Shown one piece after another: positions 9,510 to 18,701 of a stretch of DNA of 64,000 bases. The stretch is from Alphaproteobacteria bacterium (GTDB lineage: Bacteria > Pseudomonadota > Alphaproteobacteria > UBA9219), in the NCBI GenBank assembly GCA_009779745.1, contig WRDR01000002.1, positions 67,477 to 131,476 of the forward strand. Reading direction: 5' to 3'. Each line of letters starts with the position of its first letter. Position 1 is the stretch's first letter. The notes below the pieces were generated by a model, which worked only from the letters and a program-made list of their open reading frames with translations, did no database searches and had not been told where the DNA came from. The position numbers and the translations under genes were made by a program.

Positions 9510-9616
9510 TGGAAAAGTGGAAAGTGGAAAGTTAAAATAGGAATATTTATAAGTAGTATTTCTCTGAAAATGGCTGTATAAATATTTCTACTTTCAACTT
9601 TTCACTTTTAACTTTC
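9509..9616. repeat. Hairpin repeat, GAAAGTG family. Arms tggaaaagtggaaagtggaaagttaaaat / ctactttcaacttttcacttttaactttc with a ~50-nt loop.
   Basis: Complementary purine and pyrimidine arms read directly. Lies between phaR and the permease gene. Confidence 0.7.
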
Positions 9617-9621
9617 TCATC

Positions 9622-10734
9622 ATGTCTTCATATTTTATCCGCAGGCTTTTGCTTATTATACCTACTCTCTTAGGCATAATGATGCTTAATTTTATAATAG
9701 TTCAGGCTGCTCCGGGCGGTCCTATCGAGCAGATAGTCGCCAAGCTGCAAGGCACGGATATTTCCGCTACCGCACGCTTCGGAGGAAGCGGAGGAAGCGA
9801 TGTTTCCATGCCTATGGAACAAAGAGTATCAACCTCTGATGCCAAGACTGTGTCGCGGTATCCGGGAGCGCAGGGCATGGATCCAGATCTCATCAAAGAG
9901 CTGGAGGTGCAGTTCGGCTTTGACAAACCTTTCCTCGAGAGGTTTGTTGTTATGCTGTGGAACTATGTTAGGTTTGATTTCGGGAAATCGTATTTCAGAG
10001 ACGAGACTGTGGCTAGTCTTGTAATCAGCAAAATGCCGGTGTCTGTTTCTCTGGGGCTGTGGACTACGCTGTTAGTATATTTAATATCAATACCTCTCGG
10101 GATTCGCAAGGCTGTCAAAGACGGTTCGTCATTCGATATTTGGTCTAGTGCTGCCATTATAATAGGATACGCTATTCCGGGATTTCTATTCGCAGTTCTG
10201 CTCATAGTAATTTTTGCAGGCGGACAATATCTTGACTGGTTTCCGCTAAGAGGACTCACTTCCGACAACTGGCATGACCTTAGCCTTATAAGAAAGATAA
10301 CGGATTATTTCTGGCACATAACGCTGCCTGTTGCGGCTATGGTAATAAGCGGGTTTGCCAGCCTTACTATGCTTACAAAAAACTCTTTCATTGATGAGAT
10401 CGGCAAACAGTATGTCCTCACTGCCAGAGCAAAGGGCTTAACCGAAAACAGAGTATTATACGGACACGTATTCCGCAATGCTATGCTCATAGTCATCGCA
10501 GGCTTTCCCGCAGCATTCATCGGGACTTTCTTTACAGGAGCTTTGCTCATAGAGGTAATATTTTCTCTGGACGGAATGGGATTGCTGGGGTTTGAGTCTG
10601 CTATTAACAGAGATTATCCCGTTATGTTCGGCACGCTGTATTTTTTCACTCTGTTGGGGCTGGTCATGAATATCATAGGCGATTTAGCCTACGTCATCAC
10701 AGACCCCAGAATCGATTTTGAATCGAGGAGTTAA
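9622..10734 (+). CDS. yejB: ABC transporter permease, YejB/OppB-like (peptide/microcin-type)
   Basis: N-terminal [21 protein letters not shown], long periplasmic insert, EAA-like loop region. Confidence 0.65.
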   Translation: MSSYFIRRLLLIIPTLLGIMMLNFIIVQAAPGGPIEQIVAKLQGTDISATARFGGSGGSDVSMPMEQRVSTSDAKTVSRYPGAQGMDPDLIKELEVQFGFDKPFLERFVVMLWNYVRFDFGKSYFRDETVASLVISKMPVSVSLGLWTTLLVYLISIPLGIRKAVKDGSSFDIWSSAAIIIGYAIPGFLFAVLLIVIFAGGQYLDWFPLRGLTSDNWHDLSLIRKITDYFWHITLPVAAMVISGFASLTMLTKNSFIDEIGKQYVLTARAKGLTENRVLYGHVFRNAMLIVIAGFPAAFIGTFFTGALLIEVIFSLDGMGLLGFESAINRDYPVMFGTLYFFTLLGLVMNIIGDLAYVITDPRIDFESRS

Positions 10735-12806
10735 TGCGTCCTATAGTTTTATATCCAGTGTTTTCTCAGCTAACCGCTTTAGACGGCATCGGCTTTAAGA
10801 CATATGCTTTCTACAAAAAGCTATGCGGAGAGACGATAAAGGATTTGATTTTTCATCTGCCTGTAAATGCCATAGACCGCTCCAAAAAAGTTTCTCTGTC
10901 AAACGCAGAGGAAAACAAGATACACACTCTTTCCGTAAAAGTTCTGGGGCACAACAAGCCTGCCAAAACAAGCAGACCTTATGTCATTGCCGCCACTGAC
11001 GGGACTGATACTATGAACATCACGTATTTCAGCACAAGCAGAGATTATCTGCCTGAACTGTATCCTGTAGGAGCGGAAATAGTAATCAGCGGGCTTTTGG
11101 AAAAGTATAACGGGCAGTGGACTATGCTTCACCCTGATTATGCAGTGCCTAAGAATAAAGAGAATGAGATTCCTATGCACGAACCGGTGTATCCGTTGTC
11201 GTACGGGCTGACCGGAAAAATGGTTCGGAAAAGCATAGAAAAGGCTTTGGTGCGGGTGCCGGAATTGCCTGAATGGATAGACGAACATCTTATGAAGCAG
11301 AAGGGCTGGAGCAGTTGGAAAGACGCTCTTGTGAATGCGCATACTCCCACAGAGTTCTGTGAGACCGATAAGGACAGAAGAAGGTTGGCGTATGATGAGC
11401 TGCTGGCGGATCAGCTGGGGCTGGCTATTATCCGCACGCACAATAAGACTCTTAACGGAAGAAAATTCGTAACTTCCGGAGACGCTGTAGAGAGACTCAA
11501 AAAATCCTTGTTGTTTTCGCTGACAGAATCTCAAGAGACCGCTGTCAATGAGATAATTTCAGAGCTGGAATCGGACAAAAGAATGTCCAGACTCCTGCAA
11601 GGAGATGTCGGCTCCGGAAAAACTATAGTAGCGTTAATCGCTATGCTGCACGTTGCAGATTCCGGCTCTCAGGCTGCTCTTATGGCTCCTACCGAGATTC
11701 TGGCGAAACAGCATTTTGAGACTCTGTCGAAATTTCTGGAACCTATCGGATACGAAATAGGACTCATCACAGGCAAAGGCAAATCCAACAACAGACAAGA
11801 GACTATCGAAGATATAAAGACCGGAAAGCTGCGAATGGTCATAGGGACTCACGCATTGTTTCAATCCGATATAGTTTTCGATGACCTAGGACTCGCCGTC
11901 ATAGACGAACAGCACAAATTCGGCGTACAGCAAAGAGTCCAATTATCCAACAAAGGAAAAGGCGTAAACATATTGTCGATGACCGCTACTCCTATACCGA
12001 GAACTTTGCTTTTGACTGCGTTCGGAGACATGGCAGTGTCGAGGCTGTCCGAAAAACCAAAAGGAAGGCAAAAGATAGAAACCTCTTTAATGAATTCCTC
12101 CAGAATCGCAGAAATAGCAGAAGCTCTGAAAAGAAAAATACAAGACGGCTCGCAAGTTTACTGGGTATGTCCGCTGATAGAGGAATCAGAAGCTCTCGAT
12201 CTTAACGCTGCGAAAGACAGAGCCGGTTATTTAAAAAATATTTTTGGAAAAGATGTGGTCGGACTGGTGTACGGCAAGATGAAGAGCGAGGAAAAAGATT
12301 CCATAATGAGTGATTTTGTATCCGGAAAAATCAAAATCTTAGTAGCCACCACAGTAATAGAAGTAGGAGTTAATGTGCCGAATGCTACTCTTATGGTTGT
12401 AGAGCATGCGGAGAGATTCGGACTGGCGCAGCTTCATCAGCTTAGAGGACGCGTAGGCAGAGGAGAAAAAAAATCGCACTGTATTCTTATCTATCAGGCT
12501 CCTCTCGGCATCATGGGCAAGGCTAGGCTCAAGATGATGAAAGAGAACGAAGACGGTTTTTTGATCGCAGAAGAAGATTTGAGATTAAGAGGAGCCGGCG
12601 AAGTACTGGGCACAAGGCAAAGCGGAGCTAGGTATTTCAGACTGGCTGATTTGGAAAGAGACAAAGACCTTTTGGATATAGCGAATTCTGACGCTAAAAA
12701 TATATTGGCTCAAGACCCTAAGCTGGAAAGCGAACGAGGCAAAGCGTTGAAGATGCTTTTGTATTTGTTTGAGAAAGACGCAACCGTGCCGCTGATTAGG
12801 AGTTAG
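10734..12806 (+). CDS. recG: ATP-dependent DNA helicase RecG
   Basis: Wedge domain. Helicase motifs GDVGSGKT, DEQHKFG, SMTATPIPRT, QLHQLRGRVGRG. Confidence 0.9.
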   Translation: MRPIVLYPVFSQLTALDGIGFKTYAFYKKLCGETIKDLIFHLPVNAIDRSKKVSLSNAEENKIHTLSVKVLGHNKPAKTSRPYVIAATDGTDTMNITYFSTSRDYLPELYPVGAEIVISGLLEKYNGQWTMLHPDYAVPKNKENEIPMHEPVYPLSYGLTGKMVRKSIEKALVRVPELPEWIDEHLMKQKGWSSWKDALVNAHTPTEFCETDKDRRRLAYDELLADQLGLAIIRTHNKTLNGRKFVTSGDAVERLKKSLLFSLTESQETAVNEIISELESDKRMSRLLQGDVGSGKTIVALIAMLHVADSGSQAALMAPTEILAKQHFETLSKFLEPIGYEIGLITGKGKSNNRQETIEDIKTGKLRMVIGTHALFQSDIVFDDLGLAVIDEQHKFGVQQRVQLSNKGKGVNILSMTATPIPRTLLLTAFGDMAVSRLSEKPKGRQKIETSLMNSSRIAEIAEALKRKIQDGSQVYWVCPLIEESEALDLNAAKDRAGYLKNIFGKDVVGLVYGKMKSEEKDSIMSDFVSGKIKILVATTVIEVGVNVPNATLMVVEHAERFGLAQLHQLRGRVGRGEKKSHCILIYQAPLGIMGKARLKMMKENEDGFLIAEEDLRLRGAGEVLGTRQSGARYFRLADLERDKDLLDIANSDAKNILAQDPKLESERGKALKMLLYLFEKDATVPLIRS

Positions 12807-12851
12807 GAATTAGGAAATAAAAAATAATTCATAATTTCTAATTCCTAATTT
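12796..12851. repeat. Hairpin repeat, GGAATTAG family: attaggagttaggaattaggaaat ... atttctaattcctaattt
   Basis: Perfect complementary arms between the convergent recG and bamE. Confidence 0.75.
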
Positions 12852-13404
12852 ATCTAACGTTCGGAATCTTCGGAGTAGGCTTTGCCATAACGCCCAATAT
12901 CTCTGTCAAGACTGTTTTCGAGTGTCCGTGCGTAGGCGTTTCTTTGTCTACAAGAGCAACATCTCTTGCTGCCGCATCAATATTTCTCACATCAGCCACA
13001 ACGCCGGCATCATCAAAAACTATTTCTATGGCTTCTTGTTTTACCAGTGTCGGCATAAAAAAAGAAACCTGTTCCGCCTGCCTTCCGACATAGTACCAAA
13101 CCTTGTCGTCCACCGTGCTTGTGAATACGGGAGAACCCAGTATCATGACTACGTCTTCTCTGGTAGACTGTCCTTGTTTGATTTGTTCAAGATCATCTTG
13201 ATGCACAAAAGTGCCGCTGGTGGATACAGTAGGAACACATGCTGTCATTCCAAGCAAAGCTGCAAGCAGTAAAGAAGAAATGTATGAAGTATAGAAATTA
13301 GTTGTCATTGCCGTATTTTCCAAGTACCATGAGAATGTATGTTGACAGCATACGCCAATCGCAAAAAAAAAGCAAATAAAGACTATAAAGCTATGACTGA
13401 ACAA
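12850..13404 (-). CDS. bamE: Outer-membrane assembly lipoprotein BamE (SmpA/OmlA). The true start is likely the internal Met (MTTNFY...).
   Basis: Lipobox LLGMTAC. SmpA_OmlA-like segment REDVVMILGSPVFTSTVDDKVWYYVG. Confidence 0.7.
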   Translation of the reverse strand: MFSHSFIVFICFFFAIGVCCQHTFSWYLENTAMTTNFYTSYISSLLLAALLGMTACVPTVSTSGTFVHQDDLEQIKQGQSTREDVVMILGSPVFTSTVDDKVWYYVGRQAEQVSFFMPTLVKQEAIEIVFDDAGVVADVRNIDAAARDVALVDKETPTHGHSKTVLTEILGVMAKPTPKIPNVR

Positions 13405-13860
13405 AATTTACAAAATGAGTTTTCCAGAATCATAACCGTATCCAGAATTCACTCAAAAGGTGCCGAGGAAAAAATAGAAGCCTCTCCGCATGAAAGAGAG
13501 GCTTTGGCTAAAAGATTCAGTCTTATCGGCATAAACAGCCTTACTGCAAAGATTTCGCTGGAGCCTAAGGAATACTTCAACAAACAGATTATTGCAGTAG
13601 ACGGCAGAGTAAATGCTTCTGTCCGTCAGCAATGTATCCGCACGCTTGAAGAGGTTACCAATGTGCTGGACTTTACGTTTTCCGTAATATTTGTAAAGGA
13701 CGGCGAATTCACCGGGGACGAACTATCTGAAATAGAAAGCAGTTCTCTTATGGCTGATGAAGAGGTTGACATCTATTACAAAGGCAGGATTGATATAGGC
13801 GAACTGGCTGCTCAGCAGCTGTTTGTGCACCTAGACCAATATCCCAGAAAAGTCGGCTAA
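13339..13860 (+). CDS. yceD: YceD/DUF177 family protein (23S rRNA accumulation). The likely start is MTEQN at ~13393.
   Basis: Canonical position immediately upstream of rpmF-plsX-fabH. DUF177-like acidic C-terminus. Confidence 0.65.
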   Translation: MLTAYANRKKKANKDYKAMTEQNLQNEFSRIITVSRIHSKGAEEKIEASPHEREALAKRFSLIGINSLTAKISLEPKEYFNKQIIAVDGRVNASVRQQCIRTLEEVTNVLDFTFSVIFVKDGEFTGDELSEIESSSLMADEEVDIYYKGRIDIGELAAQQLFVHLDQYPRKVG

Positions 13861-13989
13861 GATATTGTAATTTATGCAAATATATGGACAGAGCATAATT
13901 TGTTTTACTTTTGGGCCTGAATATTGTATTAGCCTATCTTTGAAACGGGTTAAACAGAACCTACGAAAGATAAGATATAGGTAGAAATC

Positions 13990-14178
13990 ATGGCAGTTCC
14001 TAAACGAAAAACTTCTAAGTCGGCTCGCAATATGCGCCGCTCTCACCATGCTCTTAGTGCTGTCAACAGCATAGAGTGTCCTAATTGCGGCGAAGTAAAG
14101 CTGCCTCATCATGTGTGCAGTGCTTGCGGTCATTATAACGGTAAACCTTCAATAATCACGTCTAAGAAAACCGCTTAA
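13990..14178 (+). CDS. rpmF: 50S ribosomal protein L32
   Basis: [22 protein letters not shown]...CPNCGE...[10 protein letters not shown]. Confidence 0.95.
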   Translation: MAVPKRKTSKSARNMRRSHHALSAVNSIECPNCGEVKLPHHVCSACGHYNGKPSIITSKKTA

Positions 14179-14188
14179 AGCTGAATAT

Positions 14189-14263
14189 GAGTGTTGAGAG
14201 TGGAGTGTGGAGTTGGTACATATTCTTAACTCCAAACTCCACACTCCAAACTCCACACTTCCC
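14189..14263. repeat. Hairpin repeat, GTGGAGTG family. Arms gagtgttgagagtggagtgtggagtt / aactccaaactccacactccaaactccacacttccc. Loop ggtacatattctt.
   Basis: Read directly. Lies between rpmF and plsX. Confidence 0.8.
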
Positions 14264-14274
14264 ACAAGGCTCCT

Positions 14275-15372
14275 ATGATAAAAATAAACGATGAAACAGC
14301 GGGCGATTTTTATAAGGTTCCATGCGTAATGGCTCTTGATGCTATGGGAGGAGATAACGCTCCGGACATAGTCATAGACGGCGCAGCTATAGCGCACAAA
14401 AAGTACCCTAATCTTAAATTCATTTTTTTCGGCAATGAAGATCTTATATCTCCTGTGCTGGACAAACACTCTTCATTGAAAGCTGTCAGCAGCATAAGGC
14501 ACACAAGCGATGTTATCACGTCCGATATGAAGCCCTCTCTGGCATTGAGGCAAGGGCGGAATTCCAGCATGAGGCTTGCTATTAATGCAGTATCTGCCGG
14601 AGAAGCGGACTGCATAGTATCTGCGGGAAATACCGGAGCTTTGATGGTGCTCGCTAAATTCGTGCTGAAGACGCTGCCCGGCATAGACAGACCCGCTATA
14701 GCAACTATGATACCTTCTCAGAAAGGCAGCACCGTAGTGCTGGACCTCGGAGCAAACATAGAGTGCGATTCGGAAAACCTAGTGCAGTTCAGCTTAATGG
14801 GAGCTATTTTCTGTAAGACCATACTGGGTAAAGAGATGCCTACTATCGGTTTGCTGAATATCGGAACAGAAGAGCTGAAGGGGCATGAGGAAGTCAGAAT
14901 TGCAGCATCTATATTAAAGGAAAGACCCATTCCGGGAAGACTGTACGGATTTATAGAGGGGAATGATATAACGTCCGGCACTGTGGACGTAGTCGTTACG
15001 GACGGGTTCAGCGGAAACATTGCTCTTAAGAGTATAGAAGGAGCTGCCGGATTGTATTCGTATTTTATAAAGCGTACAATAGCCTCGTCTTTGCTGGCGA
15101 AAATCGGATTTTTCTTGGCAAGCTTTGCGCTGGCGGACTTGAAGAAAAAAGTGGATCCGAGACATTATAACGGAGCCATGTTTTTGGGACTGCGCGGAGT
15201 GTGCGTGAAAAGCCACGGAGGCGCGGACGCAGCAGGCTTTGCAAACGCAATCGGAGTAGCGCACAGTTTAGTAGCTCACGCTTATAATGCGCGGATAGCA
15301 AAAGAGATAGCTTTTCAGTACGGCAGCGACATAGAAGATGATGAAGCTGGGGAAGAAGAGCCAAATGATTAG
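14275..15372 (+). CDS. plsX: Phosphate acyltransferase PlsX
   Basis: MALDAMGGDNAP motif. Full-length PlsX homology. Operon position. Confidence 0.9.
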   Translation: MIKINDETAGDFYKVPCVMALDAMGGDNAPDIVIDGAAIAHKKYPNLKFIFFGNEDLISPVLDKHSSLKAVSSIRHTSDVITSDMKPSLALRQGRNSSMRLAINAVSAGEADCIVSAGNTGALMVLAKFVLKTLPGIDRPAIATMIPSQKGSTVVLDLGANIECDSENLVQFSLMGAIFCKTILGKEMPTIGLLNIGTEELKGHEEVRIAASILKERPIPGRLYGFIEGNDITSGTVDVVVTDGFSGNIALKSIEGAAGLYSYFIKRTIASSLLAKIGFFLASFALADLKKKVDPRHYNGAMFLGLRGVCVKSHGGADAAGFANAIGVAHSLVAHAYNARIAKEIAFQYGSDIEDDEAGEEEPND

Positions 15373-16324
15373 AACTACATTTTTAAACTGCGGAGCGTAT
15401 TTGCCGGAAAATGCCGTGACTAATGCGGCGTTGATAGCAAAGCACGGGCTGGATAGTTCTGACGAGTGGGTGGAAAGACGCACAGGCATTAAGCAAAGGC
15501 ATATAGCCGGTGATAATGAAAAAACTTCTGATTTGGCAACCAGAGCCGCAGGCGAAGCGTTGCAAGCGTCAGGGCTTACTATAAAAGATATAGATGCGGT
15601 TATAGTTGCGACTACAACGCCGGACCTTGATTTGCCTGCAACGGCAGTAAAGGTACAGGTTAATCTTGGAATGAATCATGGCTTTGCATTTGATGTACAT
15701 GCCGTGTGTTCCGGATTCATATACGCTATAACTGTTGCGGATAATCTGATAAAAGCCGGACAGATTAAAAGGGCTGTTGTTATCGGCGCAGAAACCTTGT
15801 CAAGGATTGTGGATTTCACGGACAGGTCTACGTGCTTTCTGTTCGGAGACGGAGCCGGAGCCGTTATTCTTGAGGGCAAAGAAGGCGTGCATAATGACAA
15901 CAGAGATCAGGGCATCTTAGGATCTATTCTGCACTCGGACGGAAGATATTATGATGTCTTGAAGACTAACGAAAAACGCTTTATTGCAATGGACGGAAAA
16001 GAGGTGTTCCGCCACGCTATCGTGAATATGTCTTCCGTGATAGATGAATTGCTGGAAAAGACCGGACTTGCGGAGTCTGAAATAGACTGGCTGGTGCCTC
16101 ATCAGGCGAATGAGAGAATCATAGATAATGCTGCCAAGAAGCTGAAGCTGCCGGAGGAAAGAGTAGTAAAAACAATTTCTTTTCATGCGAACACTTCTGC
16201 GGCATCAATACCGCTGGCTCTCTGTCATGCTGTTAAGAGCGGAGAAATACAAAGAGGTCAGATTGTTCTTATGGACGCTATGGGCGCAGGCTTTACATGG
16301 GGCGCTGCTGCGGTGAGGTGGTAA
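15365..16324 (+). CDS. fabH: 3-oxoacyl-ACP synthase III (FabH). The start is taken at MIRTTFLN, which overlaps the plsX stop region.
   Basis: Catalytic Cys region AFDVHAVCSGFIYA. His/Asn region WLVPHQANERI ... GAGFTWGAA. Confidence 0.9.
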   Translation: MIRTTFLNCGAYLPENAVTNAALIAKHGLDSSDEWVERRTGIKQRHIAGDNEKTSDLATRAAGEALQASGLTIKDIDAVIVATTTPDLDLPATAVKVQVNLGMNHGFAFDVHAVCSGFIYAITVADNLIKAGQIKRAVVIGAETLSRIVDFTDRSTCFLFGDGAGAVILEGKEGVHNDNRDQGILGSILHSDGRYYDVLKTNEKRFIAMDGKEVFRHAIVNMSSVIDELLEKTGLAESEIDWLVPHQANERIIDNAAKKLKLPEERVVKTISFHANTSAASIPLALCHAVKSGEIQRGQIVLMDAMGAGFTWGAAAVRW

Positions 16325-16361
16325 AAGTGAAAAGTGGAAAGTGAAAATAATTTCACTTTCC
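16323..16361. repeat. Hairpin repeat, GAAAGTG family: aaaagtgaaaagtggaaagtgaaaat / atttcactttcc
   Basis: Lies between the convergent fabH and ispB. Confidence 0.65.
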
Positions 16362-17296
16362 TAAAAATTTCTATAAACAGTATCGTCCGCTATTTTGATA
16401 AGAGCTTCTTTCATAGGGCTGTCTTTGAAAATATTCAAAGCCTGTTTCGCCAACTCTCCGTAATGCTTGGCGTACTCCAGAGAAGCCTCTGCGGCTTTAT
16501 ATTTTTTCAATAAAACCAGCGCATTTGAAAGGTCTTCCTCGGAACGCTCTTCCTTTGAAAACATCTCTTGCCACGATGTCATTTCAGAATCACTGCTCTG
16601 CTTCACAGCCAAAATAACAGGCAGCGTTATTTTGCCTTCCATAAAATCATGACCTGTCTTTTTGCCGAATGCGCCCTCTTCCGCCTCATAATCCAGAATA
16701 TCGTCTATAATCTGAAACGCTATGCCCAAATTAAGCCCATATTCTCTTAATGCCTCTTCTTGTTCTTTACCCGCCTCTGAAATTATAGCTCCAATCTGAC
16801 ACGCTGCCGAAAATAATTCGGCAGTCTTGCTTTGTATTATTTCCAAATACCGGGCTTTTGTCAGTTCTATGCTGCTGCTTGCTTCTAATTGCAGAATCTC
16901 TCCTTCCGCAATAACAGATGCTGTCTCCGCCAGTATTTCCAACACTCTTACGGAGTTTCCTTTTATCAGCAAATCAAATGATTTGCTGAATAAAAAATCT
17001 CCGACTAAAACACTGGCCTTATTTCCAAAGACCACATTCGCACAGAGCTTGCCTCTGCGCAGAACTCCTCCGTCCACCACGTCATCATGCAAAAGCGTAG
17101 CCGTGTGCAGAAACTCTATTCCCGCAGCTATAAGGCAATGCCCTGTTCCGGTATATCCGCAGAGTCTGGCACTGGCCAGTGCCAAAAGCGGACGCAGCCT
17201 CTTTCCTCCTGCCGCCATTATATAGCCGGCCAGTTTTGATATAAGCTCTGCTTTGCTTTCTATACGCTCTGAAATGAGTTTGTCTACCGTGAGCAT
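16361..17296 (-). CDS. ispB: Polyprenyl (octa-/hepta-prenyl) diphosphate synthase. The 28-codon N-terminal extension of the ORF track is repeat-derived, so the start is taken at MLTVDK.
   Basis: FARM LLHDDVVDGG and SARM FQIIDDILD motifs. The extension translates the GTGGAG repeat as PPALHTPHSALHT. Confidence 0.85.
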   Translation of the reverse strand: MLTVDKLISERIESKAELISKLAGYIMAAGGKRLRPLLALASARLCGYTGTGHCLIAAGIEFLHTATLLHDDVVDGGVLRRGKLCANVVFGNKASVLVGDFLFSKSFDLLIKGNSVRVLEILAETASVIAEGEILQLEASSSIELTKARYLEIIQSKTAELFSAACQIGAIISEAGKEQEEALREYGLNLGIAFQIIDDILDYEAEEGAFGKKTGHDFMEGKITLPVILAVKQSSDSEMTSWQEMFSKEERSEEDLSNALVLLKKYKAAEASLEYAKHYGELAKQALNIFKDSPMKEALIKIADDTVYRNF

Positions 17297-17310
17297 GTCT
17301 GCGGACAGTA

Positions 17311-17398
17311 AAGTGTGGAGTGCGGAGTGTGGAGTGTGGAGTGCAGGAGGGGAGCAGCCTATTGTCATTACCAATTTCACACTTCACATTTCACATTG
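17311..17398. repeat. Hairpin repeat, GTGGAGTG family: aagtgtggagtgcggagtgtggagtgtggagtgcagg ... ccaatttcacacttcacatttcacattg
   Basis: Read directly. Overlaps the hemY-like stop codon and precedes the ispB start. Confidence 0.75.
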
Positions 17399-18701
17399 TT
17401 CTCAGTCTGTCGCTAATACCCGCACTTTGCCATATCATCGTGTTGAACTCATTGCAGACGCTGCAGTTAGGCTGCCACATCTCATGCGCTTGGTTGCAGC
17501 TTGTGCATATCCATGACGGGTCCGGCACTGCATCAGTCGCTTTGGTAAGCCATATCAATGCAGCTCTTTCATCATGCCTCTCTTCTCTCTCCAGTCTGGA
17601 CAGCATCTTGAAAACGCTTTTCGTAGCCTTGCCGCTGTTGATGCACAAAATTAAATTCCTTCTGGCCTCGCCCCAAATATCAGCGGCTATAGCTGCATCT
17701 GCTATTGCTATATGGCTTGCGTTGTCTTGAGGAGTTTCTTTGCATAATTTCTCTATCTGTTTAAAGCCTTCCAAAGGACTGTCCGCCAGACTCAGCATTA
17801 TCTTATATAACTGAGGGTGCGCACAGTCTTTCCAAGATCTCTCTATAATCTTTTTGGCAGCTCTGTAACGTTCGGAGGCAACTAAAACTTCGCACAACTG
17901 AATAACGGCCGGCGTCCAGTCCGGTCTCAGCCGTATTGCATGACGGGCAGCGTCTATGGAGGCATCAACTTCTCCGTGCGCAAGCTTTATTCTGGATATA
18001 GCTATGCTTAACGCAGCTCCTACTCTGGCAGCTTCTTCCTCGTTCATGATCTTGGAGTTTTCTACTATCTTGAGTTCTTTGGCAGCTCTTTCGTAGTCAT
18101 GATGTCTGATAGCACCCAGCATTTTCATTCTCGATAGCCAAGGAGCTCCGGGTCTTACGTGATAGTATTCGGAAACTACTCTGTCGACTTCGGGAAAGTT
18201 TTTTTTCTGCATGGCAATTTCTATGAGCCCGCGGTATCCCAAAGGAGCTGCTTCAGAGTCCTGAGCCAGCTTGCCGAAAATCTCTTTTGCAGTTTTGTTG
18301 TCAAAATTGGCGGAACAAGCTGTCGCCTGAATCCAGTTCGCCAGCATAGTATTATCAATATTTTTGCCCGCAGAAGCAGCCAGACTTTTCGCCTTGGCGC
18401 AGTCTCCGCAGAAAAGAGCAACCAACGCCTGAGAAAGGAGATTCTGTCCGTGATTCAGCTTGTCCAGTTTGCGTTTTGCCTGCCATAAAATAGGACCCCG
18501 TATCAGGAAAGAGAAAAAACGCAGAAGCAAATGCACTATAAGGGCAAAAAGAAATACCGCTATGATGCAAAATGCCAGGCTTATCTGAAACTCTTCCATA
18601 TCGTTCCAGACTATATTAACATAGCCGTGCTGTTCCGTGAGCCAAAAAATCACGACTGCAAGAACTGCAATCTGAACTATCCAACGTATAACACTCAGCA
18701 T
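17391..18701 (-). CDS. HemY_N-domain/TPR inner-membrane protein (HemY-like)
   Basis: Two N-terminal TM helices (IVQIAVLAVVIFWL, AFCIIAVFLFALIVHLLL) followed by a TPR-like alpha-helical region. Typical HemY_N architecture. Confidence 0.7.
   Translation of the reverse strand: MLSVIRWIVQIAVLAVVIFWLTEQHGYVNIVWNDMEEFQISLAFCIIAVFLFALIVHLLLRFFSFLIRGPILWQAKRKLDKLNHGQNLLSQALVALFCGDCAKAKSLAASAGKNIDNTMLANWIQATACSANFDNKTAKEIFGKLAQDSEAAPLGYRGLIEIAMQKKNFPEVDRVVSEYYHVRPGAPWLSRMKMLGAIRHHDYERAAKELKIVENSKIMNEEEAARVGAALSIAISRIKLAHGEVDASIDAARHAIRLRPDWTPAVIQLCEVLVASERYRAAKKIIERSWKDCAHPQLYKIMLSLADSPLEGFKQIEKLCKETPQDNASHIAIADAAIAADIWGEARRNLILCINSGKATKSVFKMLSRLEREERHDERAALIWLTKATDAVPDPSWICTSCNQAHEMWQPNCSVCNEFNTMIWQSAGISDRLRTM

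Noticed and set aside
10899-11534. 211-aa minus-strand ORF inside recG, plus other long antisense ORFs such as 22427..23026 in typA, 3352..3885 in amiC and 1319..1693 in the T4SS ATPase
   Set aside because: Shadow ORFs fully embedded in well-supported conserved genes on the opposite strand. No independent motif support.
14189-14263. CRISPR array interpretation of the GTGGAG repeat clusters
   Set aside because: Copies are dispersed single hairpins with complementary arms, not regularly spaced direct repeats with unique spacers. No cas genes in the window.
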